A stretch of DNA of 63,285 nt, filler included, from Basidioascus undulatus (Eukaryota): the NCBI GenBank assembly GCA_000826855.1. It is 17 parts of 17 records of this genome, joined end to end, with 100 filler letters (N's around TTAATTAATTAA, not from the genome) between each part and the next. Parts side by side here need not be neighbours in the genome. Positions count along the whole stretch, not along the records: positions 1 to 2,433 come from JTLS01002768.1; positions 2,534 to 25,531 come from JTLS01000277.1; 15 more parts are not named here. One strand, 5' to 3'. The notes under the pieces were generated by a model. That model searched no databases, had not been told where the DNA came from, and worked only from the letters and a program-made list of their open reading frames with translations. Numbering within the stretch: position 1 is the first letter of the stretch; the number at the start of each line of letters is the position of its first letter. Below, piece after piece: positions 1 to 11,212 of the stretch. The position numbers and the translations under genes were made by a program.

Positions 1-201
1 TTTTCCGGACCCGCCGCCCCCGCCTCACCTCTCGCCCTCCCGGCCACGCTCACGCCCGGCCGCCGACCCCCGCGCGAGAGGAGGGAGGCCAAGCGCGCGC
101 TCGAGTTTGGGAATGAGGATGCGTTGGACGCGGCGGAGGATGAGAAGGAGGAGGAGACGCCGAGGGCGAGGCAAGGGAAGAGGGCGAGGAGGGGTGAGTG
201 A
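1..201 (+). CDS. 3' end of an unidentified gene (ends ...ETPRARQGKRARRGE*)
   Basis: Frame 1 is open from the window start to TGA at 199-201, with GC-rich codons and a basic NLS-like end. A T-rich 3'UTR-like tract follows. Confidence 0.5.
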   Translation, partial: FSGPAAPASPLALPATLTPGRRPPRERREAKRALEFGNEDALDAAEDEKEEETPRARQGKRARRGE

Positions 202-2433
202 GTGACTGGTTAGGGGAGGTGGACGGGGTGGGGGGAGTTTGGTTTGCGGTTTGCTGAGCCGTGTTGTTGTTGTTTTTTTGCGTTGTCTTTTGGTCTTGAT
301 GTTGCTGTGTTTGATGTACCCCCGCTATCGTTCTCGTTCGCGTTGTCGCTCTGTTCCTGCTCGCTTTCGTATACGCATCCCTCTTCGCCGTTGCTTCCCC
401 GTCATTGGTTCTCGGTGTTCGCTGCCCGTTCCTCTTTGCTTGTTCTTCGTCCTCCGTCCTTCGTATGTCCCAACGCTGCTGTTGTATGTCTTATGCTCTT
501 TGGCTCTCGTTCGTTCGCAGCATCATGATGACCCGTTTACGTTTTCATGCTCTGCGTGCGGTCCCGCCTTGCAGGTAGCCTGACTGCCTTGCGGCACACC
601 CCGTCGACGCTGCACCCACAACCCTGAAGATAAACGGTAAACTCGGCGGTAAAAGTTGAGAGCAGCATTCCCCAGTACAGAGCGTGATGCATGTATGCAT
701 GTCGGAGGTTGAACTGTGCAGTGGCTGCATGACCACTGACTGGATGTACTTCACATGTTGAGTGCACAAGCATCGTGCGTACCGTACTCGCACCTCCAAA
801 TTTATGTAGATTCTGAGTGCGAGGAGTCTTGGAAGTGGCCGTTCCTGTCTCTTAAAGCAGCCAGCCGATAGTGTCCTATCGCGCCTTGTAAGTGGACATG
901 GTGCCGCAGACGCAACTGCTTTTGTTGTGCACCGCTAAAGCGTCTCTGTTCTATCTAAAACAATCCTACTGTCGCACGTTAGGTTTTACGGTAACGTTGC
1001 AAGACACTCATGTGGAGCAATCCGGTCCTCGAACCGTTGTACGGGGGATCAACGGACCGCGGCCTGGCTTTGAGCAGCGCGCGGCGGTCCTGGTCTCCCT
1101 TCGCCGTCGGGTGGGTGTTGCACCATCCCATGAAGAGTCCCAAGTGTGCCTTGGACCCATTGGCAAGCACGCTTGCCCCCGCGTTATGGCTTCCTCCGAA
1201 TACCCGCTGCCAAGCGCAGCGCGGCGGTCGCACTTTGAAGGCGGATAGGGTACGTCCGGCTGGGCTGTAAGCCGGTTTACCAAGGAAGTATACAAAACCT
1301 AACCAAACGATCACTTCAGGCGCTTCAGCCGGCCTGTAGCTACGGATGACGCCGACGCAGCGAGAAAGCGAAAGGTGCCTATGGCATTGCATAGAACGCT
1401 TGGACACCCCCGCCCTGCTTGCACACTTGTCCATCTCTCGGAAGTTATTGTTGGAAGTAATCCGAGAGTGAGTGGAACTGGAATTTCATTAGGATGTCCG
1501 GCTCTTTGATTGAGAAGTTACAGCCTCACTGCCGACTGTCGGAGGCTCGGGTGGTTACCTCGGAAGGCTCATCACTGTGGACTTGTTCTATGTATATGTA
1601 TAATCCTTTGCTGAGTCTAAATGAAAGTGTTTCGGACAAGGGACGGCTTTCGGCCCTTGCAGTAGCCTGGGGTCGAGCGACGAACGTCGGAGAAAGGGAC
1701 AACGAAGAAGCGTCGCCGGCTTGGTAAAAAAGGGATCCAGGAACCTGTCTGTGCCCATAAGAGTAAGTGTTCTTCAATCTATGTATTGGGGTTGTGACAA
1801 GCTGGTCAGACTGTAGGATCTCGCTGGCACCGTGCCGTCAGGCTATACGACGCGCTGGCTGGCGCTGTCCCTCTTCCTCAAAGGGGACTTGAAGAAATAA
1901 TAACCCCTTGATCTCTCTCGTTTTTATGAAAGAGAAAGAGAACCACCATAAGATAGGACAGGCCATCTTCCTTCCGCCGTTTTGTGCAGCCTGCCTGGGG
2001 CAACGTAACGGAGACCGAATCACTCGGTCTGCTCAGGTGCGAGACCAATCTCACGCTACTTGCAAAAGAGATTATATCCACCAAATCAAATCAAATCAAG
2101 GAAAACAAGGATATGAGAATGGCCTTGCTGCCCATGCGTTCCGGATGTGGTCTCAAGCAATGTTGGGTTCCTACCATCAAGGAGGATGCTTCGCTTCTCG
2201 CCGCGCTTGTATGATCTGTCCGAGCCCATCTCATTTCATTCCTGGGGCTGTTTGTGAGGTGAGGATTAAGGTTGTTTAGGGCGCCAGGACGTTGCGGAAG
2301 TCGGACCACAGAATAGTTAGCTTGTGGGTATGAAAACGCTGCTGCCGTTCGCACGGGATATGCCGAGCTAGCACGAAATTGAAACAGAGAGCGACCGCGA
2401 AAGAAGAGAAGCGAAGAACCGGTGTGTGAGTTG

Positions 2434-2533
2434 NNNNNNNNNNNNNNNNNNNNNNNNNNNNNNNNNNNNNNNNNNNNTTAATTAATTAANNNNNNNNNNN
2501 NNNNNNNNNNNNNNNNNNNNNNNNNNNNNNNNN
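2434..2533. other. Artificial contig spacer (44 N + TTAATTAATTAA + 44 N), first of 16
   Basis: The same 100-bp spacer with six-frame stops also starts at 25532, 28065, 30597, 33125, 35649, 38171, 40692, 43211, 45728, 48243, 50755, 53267, 55777, 58285 and 60786. Confidence 0.97.
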
Positions 2534-2614
2534 ACCATCATCTCCCATAGTCCAAAGCTCTCACTCCCTAGTCTTGGCTACACCCTTTCCTCCACCAAGG
2601 GGTGTATCCTCACA
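2534..2614 (+). mobile_element. 3' end of an LTR (family B) inserted into the integrase of element A1
   Basis: Closely matches the reverse complement of 8532-8612 and ends ...CCTCACA. The integrase-like frame of A1 stops abruptly at this point. Confidence 0.75.
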
Positions 2615-5600
2615 GCATCCTCAGGTATGGCCATGCAATCCCAGTTGGCGTAGTATGTGTGGTTGGCCAGGGCCTTGGAGATGGCAGCTGCGGCAGCTTC
2701 GTGGACCTCCTTGAGGTGTCAGACATGCTCATGGGCAGCAGGGACCTTTGATTCTCAGAGGGAGACTTCAAGGCGAGGGTGGTAGCTGTGGTTGGCGAAG
2801 AAGGGGGTCATGCCAATGGATGAGTGGAAGGAGTTGTTGTATGCAAACTGGGTGACAGGGAGGAGGTTGTACCAGTCACCCTGGAGGTAGTCGCAGAAGA
2901 TTCAGAGGTATTGCTCGAGGACCTGGTTTACCCTCTCCGTCTGGCTGTCGGATTCAGGGTGGAAGGCAGTCGAGAGGTTGGGCTTGATGTGTAGGAGGTG
3001 TTCGACTTCAGTCCACCACTTGGAGGTGAAGTGCGAGCCACAATCAGAGACGATGTCGTGTGGAAGGCCATGGAGTCAGAAGATGTTGGAGATGAACTGG
3101 GCGGCAACATCGTGGGAGGTGTCGGAGTCTTTAGCAGGGATGAAGTGTGCTTGCTTGGTCAGGCAGTCGATGTTGACGAGGATAGCATTGTGCCCCTTCG
3201 ACAGGGGAAGCTCCATGATGTGGTTGATGGAGATGGAGGACCAGGGATAAGGAGGGATTGGGAGCAGGGCCAGGAGACCATAGGGCTTGTGGTGAGGGGG
3301 CTTGGCTCGTTGGCATGCATTGCAGGTGCAGACATAGTTGCTGACGAAGGTGTGCATCTGTGGCCAGTAGAAATCATGGGAGACGATCTCGAGGGTCTTG
3401 GCTTGGCCATAAGTGTCCAGTGGTGAGTCCATCATGGGCTTTGCATAGGATGTCAACCTTGAGGGGTTCGGAATCAGGACAGAGATGAGGCCATTGCACA
3501 GGAGGAGGTTCTCCATGAGGGAGAAGGGTTCAAGGGTGGTCACTGTTTTGGCATCGCGGGGGAGGTCAGGGTCATGTAGGAGTGGGAGGAGGTGTTTGAT
3601 GGCTGGGTCATGGTCGAGGGAGGAGCGGATGCAGTCAGCAAGATCAGAGGCAGGAGAGAGGGTGGTAGCCAGGAGCATGGCGGAGAGGGAGAAGGGGTGG
3701 AGGAGGATCTGGGCAGGCATATGCGAGGCCTTTTCCCCAATCTGAAAAGTCGCAACACCGGGTGAGGGCATCTGCTTTACCATTCTTGACACCCAGACGA
3801 TAGACGATGGAGTACTTGTGGTGGGTGATTTCCTCAGACCACCAGGCTTGGCGGCAGGAGAGGATGCAGGCAGTCTGGAAGTACTCGAGGTTCTTTTGGT
3901 CGGTAAGGACCCAGAACAGCTTAGTGAGGCTCTCGAGGTAGTGCCACCATAGCTTGACCACAGAGACAATGGCAAGAAGCTCCTTGTCATGGATCTTGTA
4001 GTTGCACTCCAGTGTTGACATCTTGCAAGACATGAAGGTGACAGGGTGGAGGAGGCTGTCAGGGGGGGACCTGGGAGAGAATGGCGGAGATGGCATAATC
4101 AGAAGTGTCAGACTCGATGACAGTTTCTAGGGCGGGATCGAAGTGGCATAGGATGGGGGCAGACGTGAATGCAGTCTTGAGGGCCTGAAATGCTGCTCAG
4201 GCTAGGGTGTCGAAGGAGAAGATGGCACCCTTCTTAAGGAGACAAGTGAGCAGGAGGATGATGCAGGAGTATCCTTGAATGAAGCAGTGGTAGAAGTTGG
4301 CGAAACTGAGGAAGACCTGGAGCTCCGTGACTGTCTGCAGTTCTGGCCAGGAGAGGACAGCATCAATCTTGGCAAGTGACATTGCAATGCCATTGGCAGT
4401 GATGATGAAGCTGAGGAACTCAGTCGAGGTCTTGGAGAACTCGCCCATTTCTCTGCCTTGGCATAGAGCCCATTGGCAATGAGGTGGTGGAGTACTTCAC
4501 AGACGTGTTCTTCATGTTGAGTTGGGTCGTGGGAGAAGACGAGGATGTCATCAAGGTTGACAAGGATGAAGGTGTCGAGAATGTCACAGAAGATGTTGTT
4601 CATGAGGTGCTGGAATGAAGCTGGAGCATTCGTGAGACTGCAGGGCATGATGAGGCATTTGAAGTGGCCATAGCAGTGTGGAAGGCAGTCTTCCATTCGT
4701 TGCTGGACTTGATATGGAGGAGGTTATAAGTGCCACGGAGGTCGAGTTTGGTGAAGGTTTTGGTACTGCAGATCTGGTCGAGGGTTTCCGAGATAAGGGG
4801 AAGGGGGTAGTGGTTCTTGACAGTGATGTGTTGAGGCCATGGTAGTCAATGCAGAGGTAGAGCGAGCTGTCCTTCTTCTTGACAAACAAGATTGGGGCAC
4901 CAGCAGGGGATTTCAAGGCACGGATGAACCCCTTCGAGAGGTTCTCCTGGATCCATGTCAAGAGCTCCTTGAGTTCAGGCTCAGATAGGGAGTATAGCGG
5001 GCTGAATGGAGGGGTCATGCCAGGTTCGAGGTTGATAGCATGGTCATATGGGCAGTGAGGGGGAAGTGTGTCTGCCTGTGTCTTGGAGAATGCTGAGAGG
5101 AGGTCGTGATATTCGGGAGGGATGATGCTGCACAGGGTGTTGACATAGTCTGGGGGATCTGGGAGCCTTGGAGGGAGTTCAGAAAGGGGAGCGGTGGATG
5201 AGTTGTCAGGATGGGTTAGTTGGCTAGTGGCATTGGCAGTGAGGTCACTGAGGACTTGACAGAGGGGCATGGCGAAGGCAGTGGAACCTGGGAGGGCAGC
5301 AGCGGTGGTGAAAGCTGCTGCACCTATTAGGGTGATACGTGCAGGTGGCAGGACCGATGGGGGTGCAGGGAAGGGGGACTTGGGCTGGGCTGAGGCACAA
5401 GGGGCAGGGCTGGGAGACACAGGCTGGACAGATGCACAAGGAGCCAAGCTGGCATGCCCTTGGTGGAATGGGTCAGAGGCTGGGACAACGGAGCTGGGCT
5501 GGACAGAGGTGCCAGGGGCAGGACTGGGAGATACAGGCTGGACAGATGTCCAAGGAGCCAGGCTGGCATGCCCTTGGCAGACTGAGATGGAGGCTGGGGT

Positions 5601-6251
5601 GATGGAGCTGGACTGGACAGAGGCACAAGGAGCCATGTTGGCATGCCCTTGGCTTGCTGAGGTGACAGACTGGTGCAGAGCGGGATCTTGTGGGGACGAG
5701 CAGGAGAGCTGACAGCGTAGATGAGACAGGGAGGCTGGAGTGGTTGCAGCAGGTGGAGCTGAATGAGATGGCATTGCATTGCCAATAGATGGTGGGATTG
5801 TGACAGCGGAGCCAGGGGATGCCAAGGATGATGGGGTAGTGACCAATACAGCAGATGTCGAAGGAGGTGGATTCATAGTGTGGGCCAATACCGAGATTGG
5901 CAGAGACAGAGTGAGTGACTGCACTGGACAAGATGGGCCAGCCATTGATGACATGGAGTGGACGAGGGACAGGTTTCAGGATGAGGTAGAGCTGGTGTTG
6001 GGCTTGTCGTTTAAGAGCAAGTTCGCCCCAGAATCTATGAGGGTGTGTGCTGGTATGGTCTGGGAGTTGGAGAAGATGGTGACAGGGATGATGAAGTGTG
6101 CTTCGGGATCTAGGACAACAGAGAGTCGGAGCAGTGTAGGAGTTGTACGGGGGAAATGGGGGATGCATAGGTCAGGAGGGGGCGGAGGATGGGGGCACCT
6201 GGGCAGGCTCAAGTCATGGTGCCCTCTGGAGCTTGAGCCAGAGCATTTCCC
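2615..6251 (-). pseudogene. pol of retroelement A1 (protease, RT, RNase H, integrase; disrupted)
   Basis: The domain motifs are spread over ORFs 5976..6212, 5473..6168, 4584..5954, 4202..4696, 4197..4448, 3644..4096 and 3076..3990. Confidence 0.92.
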
Positions 6252-7354
6252 TGCTCATCGAGGGCTACCACAGTTGATGCAGCCTGTAGGGGGCCAGTGG
6301 TGTGGGACCTGAGGTGAGGGATGCAGTTAGGGCAGGTGCAGGTGATGTGACCTCCATGTCTGCAGTAGAGGCACATCCTGTTGTTGATGCAGTGTAGGCG
6401 TTCCTCTGGAGAGAGGGGCTGGAAGCGTGGGCAGTTGGCATCGAGGTCCATGGGAGTTGGGCAGAGGGGGCAGTAGCAGTGGTATGTGGGGCCAGGGCCA
6501 TCGAAGGGCAGGGAGTGTGGTGCATCAGAGAGAGGCCCTTCTGGGCTTCCTTACAGCACTCAAAGAGCCTGTTGTCAAGACAGATGGTCAAATCAGATAG
6601 CGCTTGAACAGTCCCAATTTTTTGTCTGAGAGTGTGAGGGCATCCTGACATTGGGCTTTAGGCCGGAGTAGAACTGGGCCTGGAGGGCCCAATTGTTCCA
6701 ATCGAGGAAAGCGGAGAGCCAGAAGAACTCAGTGGCATAGGTGGTGGCAGAACCAATCTGGGTGAGGGTCTGAAGCTCGCAGGTGACAGTGTGTTTGTGA
6801 TCAAGGTCACCAAGGGACCTGAGGAACGCTTCCTGGAAGGCAGCTCAGGACCAAACGAGGGTGTCATCATCCTTCAAGAGGTGAGGCTCGAACCACGCAA
6901 AGGTGGGGCCCCATAGGTAGGTGGCAGCAAAGAGAACCTTGGAGTGGTTGTCTGGGAAGAGGTGTGGGGAGGTGAGGAAGTGGAGCTGGAGATGTGTGAG
7001 GAAGGTGTTGGTGGTCCTCTTGTCCCTACTGTCGAATTTGGGGGGGTTGTTGAGCTTGGCCTGGGACCTCAGAGGGACCATGAAGCGATTCTCAAGGGTA
7101 GTAGGGGCAGTGGCTGAGGTCAGAGACTGAGTAGGAGCAGGCAGGGATGACTGGAGATGTTGGACAGTGGTGTGCAGGGTGCTGTTCTTGGCAACCAGCT
7201 GAGTGACCATGTCCTGCAGGTGCTGGTTGTGGACAGTGAGTGCCTGCAGCTGGGTATGGAGGCTGCTGATCATCTGCATGACGTCTGAGAAGTCATTGCA
7301 GGGTGGGGCAGGCTGGTGTTCCAGGATGGTAGACTCGATAGTTGGCTGGGGCAT
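6209..7354 (-). pseudogene. gag of retroelement A1 (in-frame stops and frameshifts)
   Basis: ORF pieces 6845..7354, 6265..6651 and 6209..6451 join into coiled coil + retrotransposon Gag + PMDLDA + CCHC knuckle. Confidence 0.9.
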
Positions 7355-8531
7355 GGTAGGGTGTGAGGTAGCCTGGGGTGGTAGGTTGATCTGGTCTTAT
7401 GTCAAGAACTCGACTGGGTGGGGCAGACCACAGCAGGGGCTACCAGCTGACGGGGCTTTATGGTGGCAGGGATAGATTATGCGGCAAGGTAGGTGGGGTG
7501 AAGACTAGGGCTAGGGCTAAGAGAGCCTCCCAGAACATAGTAAGTGCCCAGCTGGGGAGTGTGAAGAGGTCCAGAGCGGGTGAACAAGTGACACTGGCGA
7601 GAGCCTCAGGTGAAATGGTGACATAGTAGCTGGTAGCAGCTGGATCCTCCTCGTCTGAAATGATGTTGAGTGGGTCATCAGATGAGTCTGAATGCAGTTC
7701 CCCCACTTGCTCAGATGCCCCCACTTGCTCAAATGCCCCCATTGGCTGCAATGCGTCCCTGTCAGAGCCTGCAAAGATCACAGTGAGGCAGTCAGTGAGA
7801 GGATGCGAGAGGTCAGAGAGGATGGAGTGGTGCTGGTCAACAGAGTTTCAATATGAACACTCTTTTTCTTCCTTGTTTGACGCTTAACACACTTAGCCTT
7901 AACTCCGCCCTTTACCCTCGGTCCATCATTGTTCATTCACATTCAGGTTGCATGTGACTTCCATCATCATTCCTTTTGACAGCTTCTCCTTACAAAACAC
8001 TCGACACTGTTGTTCTTTTGGTCATGACAAAAAGGGCCACTTCATTGTCTCTATTTTCAGCTGGACGATCATACACATGCTCATGGCTCAGCAGCTGAGT
8101 ACTGTTCAACTCTGATACAGAGAGTGTGTTGCGATGGAGTGGATGAGGAGCAGTCAGGCACGACAAGAGGAGTGGCAGGGCAAGCAGCAGTATGAGGCAA
8201 CGGATGAGGTGCAGAGACCACAATTGATGGTATGGAAGGTGAGGATGACCAAGGAGAAAAGGCAGAACTGGACGAGGATGACACAAAATGCTTTGGATGA
8301 GGGGCTCATAACCTATCGAATAGCACTCAGCTGCTGAGCAAGGAGCAAGTGCATTCTTGTGAAGCTCGAAGGTAGAGATGATGATGTGTCCTTTTATCAT
8401 GACAAAGAAATATTGACATGCACACTTTTCCCTTCCACATCTTTCCTCTCTCATTGATGCTTCACCTGCACTCCGCTTTTCACCATACATCTTCTACCCT
8501 TCTTTTGAAGTTGCATGTGTGTGTCTTTATC

Positions 8532-8887
8532 TGTGAGGTTACACCCCTTGGTGGAGGAAAGGGTGTAGCCAAGGACTAGGGAGTGAGAGCATAGGACTAG
8601 AGGAGACGATTGTGGTTGGGATTCAAGTTGGTTGAGGGCCAGCCAAAGGGTGTTGGTCCTCTTATATACAGTTGGGGGGCTTCGTGGGAAAGTGTTACAA
8701 AGAGCTGGGAAAGTGTGGAAAGAGATAGAAAGAGATGGAAAGTTCTGGAAGGGTGGCAACAGGGGTGTGGCTGGGAGGACCTTGGGTGTGATGCAGGGGA
8801 GTCCACTCACATTGATGCCCCTGGCCTGCCTCATCAGGGTGAATGAAGGGTTTGCCCGCTTCGGGCTCATACCACCTCTCTATGACG
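8532..8887 (-). mobile_element. Solo LTR, family B
   Basis: Its 3' end matches 2534-2614, and a TATA-like TATATAAG lies on the minus strand near 8660-8668. The 5' boundary is uncertain and I see no clean target-site duplication. Confidence 0.6.
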
Positions 8888-9299
8888 TCAGCCACTGGTA
8901 CCGATGTGTAGTGGCCACTACTCCATGTTGGCCCTCTCCCCCAGTGGCACCTAGAGACACTTTTGATCACAAACTTCCCTAATATGGAGATGACCCTGTG
9001 ATCAGCACAGGAATAGATCTCACATATGGCACTGGAGGTGATGGGGTCATAGTCGAACCACTTCCTCAGTTCCACCTGCCTCACAGCCTTCTCCTCATCT
9101 GTGGTTCTGAAGGGTGGGAGCTTAGCCTCATTGCTGATGACAGACAGAAGTGGGTGTGCCATGTGGTCCAGGATGGTCATCAGGGCACTACTCTCAGTGG
9201 CTGTCCAACTGTCTGTTGCCCCCCACTGGGGCCATGCCTGTGGACCCACAACCAGGGTTGCGTCGACACCTCCACTTTTGTTCACCATGCCCACCATCC

Positions 9300-9682
9300 C
9301 CCCTTACGGAGAGGAGGCCCTGGATGTTCGCAATGATGTCCTCCACAATCACCATGACACCCCAGCAGCCGGACACCCAGGATACAACAAGACATACAAA
9401 CACATCCACCAGCTCTACTCCTGGCCAAACATGCACAAACGCATCAAGGACTATGTCACCACCTGTGACACTTGTCACTGCAACAAGGCATCCACCCAAC
9501 AGCCTCAAGGAGCCCTCCAGCCCCTACCAACACCACAATGCAAGTGGGAGCAGGTGTTGCTCAACCTCATCACAGGACTGCCCAAGACACACAAGCACCA
9601 TGATGCCATCCTTGTTGTGGTTGATCAACTCAGCAAGTGTGCACACTTCATCCCCACAACCACCCATGTCACCAGACAAGGG
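9300..9682 (+). mobile_element. Integrase fragment of a third Ty3/gypsy element (family C), cut by the LTR of A2
   Basis: HHDTPAAGHPGYNKTY...YSWPNM...CDTCHCNK...GALQPLPTP...DAILVVVDQLSKCAHFIP is the integrase HHCC zinc domain plus the start of the core. The sequence differs from the A1 integrase. Confidence 0.88.
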
Positions 9683-10007
9683 TGTCATGAATACCCCACC
9701 CAGTCCAACCCCTGACAACTGTCACCCTTATCACCTCTCCTGTCACATTCCCACCCTCCCCTGTTGCACTCTCACCCTCCCCAGTCACACTCCCACCCTT
9801 CCCTGCCTCTTGGCAACACAGCCCTTCTGGTAGCTATAAGAGTGCCCACTTACCCTCTACTTGCTCCCCATCTGGTCTTGCTCTCCCACTCCTGCCCTAG
9901 CCCTAGTCTTCACCCCTGCCTACCTCGCTGCATATCCCTGCCACCATAAAGCCCTGTCAGCTGGTAGCCCCTGCTATGGTCTGCCCTGCTCAGTCGAGTT
10001 CTTGACC
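9683..10007 (+). repeat. 5' LTR of A2 (~325 bp)
   Basis: Starts TGTCATGAA and ends TTCTTGACC (TTCTTGACA in copy A1), an 8/9 terminal inverted repeat. TATAAG at 9835-9840. Confidence 0.8.
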
Positions 10008-10018
10008 TAAGACCAGAT
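10008..10018 (+). promoter_or_regulatory. Primer-binding site of self-priming (Tf1/sushi) type
   Basis: TAAGACCAGAT sits directly after the LTR and is complementary to ATCTGGTCTTG at 9870-9880 inside the LTR. The same PBS is at 7389-7399 on the minus strand. Confidence 0.75.
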
Positions 10019-11153
10019 CAACCTACCACCCTGGGCTACCTCACACCCTACCATGCCCCAGCCAACTATCGAGTCTACTGTCCTGGAACACCAGCGTGCC
10101 CCACCCTGCAACAACTTCTCAGATGTCATGCAGATGATCAGCAGCCTCCATACCCAGCTGCAGGCACTCACTGTCCAGAACCAGCACCTGCAAGACACGG
10201 TCACTCAAGCTGGCTGCCCAGACCAACACCCTCCACATCACTGTCCAACATCTCCAGTCATCCCTCCCTGCTTCTACCCAGTCTCCGATCTCAGCCACTG
10301 CCCCTACTACCCTCAAGAATCACTCCCCAGTCCCTCCCAGGTCTCAGGTCAAGCTCCACAACCCCCCTGAATTTGACGGTAGGGACAAGAGGACTGCCAA
10401 CACCTTCCTCACACATCTCCAGCTCCACTTCCTCGCCTCCCCACACCTCTTCCCAGATGACTGCTCCAAGGTTCTCTTCACTGCCACCTACCTCTGGGGC
10501 CCCACCTTTGCATGGTTCGAGCCTCACCTCTTGAAGGATGACAACACCCTTGTTTGGTCCTGGGCTGCCTTCCAGGAAGCCTTCCTCAGGTCCCTCAGTG
10601 ACCCTAATTGCGAACACACCATCACCCACGAGCTTCAGACCCTCACCCAGATTGGTTCCGCCGCCACCTATGCTGCCGAGTTCTTCCAGCTGTCCGCTTT
10701 CCTCGAATGGAACGACCAGGCCCTCCAGGCCCAGTTCTACTCCGGCCTCAAGCCCAATGTCAAGGATGCCCTCACACTCTCAGACAAGACTTTTGGGACT
10801 GTTCAAGCACTATCTGATTTCACCATCCATCTTGACAACAGGCTCTTTGAGCACTGTAAGGAAGCCCAGAATGGCCCCTCTCTGACACACCACACTCCCC
10901 ACCCTTCGATGGCCCCACATACTGCTGCTAATGCCCCCTCTGGCCCAACACCCATGGACCTCGATGCCAACCACCCACACTTCCAGCCCCTCTCTCCAGA
11001 GGAACGCCAACACTGCATCAACCACAGGCTGTGCCTCTACTGCAAACACAGAGGTTACATCACCCACACCTGCCCTAACCACCTCCCTCACCTCAGGTCC
11101 CACACCATGGGCCCCCTACAGGCCGCATTGACTGCAGTAGCCCTCGATGAGCA

Positions 11154-11212
11154 GGGAAATGCTCTGGCTCAAGCTCTAGAGGGCACCACAGCTTGAGCCT
11201 GCCCACGTGCCC
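11154..11212 (+). promoter_or_regulatory. gag-pol -1 ribosomal frameshift signal (G GGA AAT + H-type pseudoknot)
   Basis: Heptamer 11154-11160 in the gag frame, then a 5-nt spacer. Stem 1 GGCTCAAGCT/AGCTTGAGCC, stem 2 GGGCAC/GTGCCC. Conserved in A1 at 6193-6251. Confidence 0.8.

Larger units (their letters stand above)
2615..7517 (-). mobile_element. Degenerate Ty3/gypsy LTR retrotransposon, family A copy 1 (partial 5' LTR, PBS, gag, PR-RT-RH-IN)
   Basis: Gag from ATG 7354 with zinc knuckle CLYCRHGGHITCTC. Protease [22 protein letters not shown] and NLDDILVFS; RNase H NYKIHDKELLAIV; integrase FYWPQM...CNACQRAK and STAFHPESD. Order PR-RT-RH-IN, with many stops and frameshifts. LTR remnant at 7400-7517. 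Confidence 0.95.

Noticed and set aside
239..2433. Short ORFs in the first contig
   Set aside because: No motifs or codon bias. 239-583 is a T-rich UTR-like tract and the rest looks intergenic or decayed.
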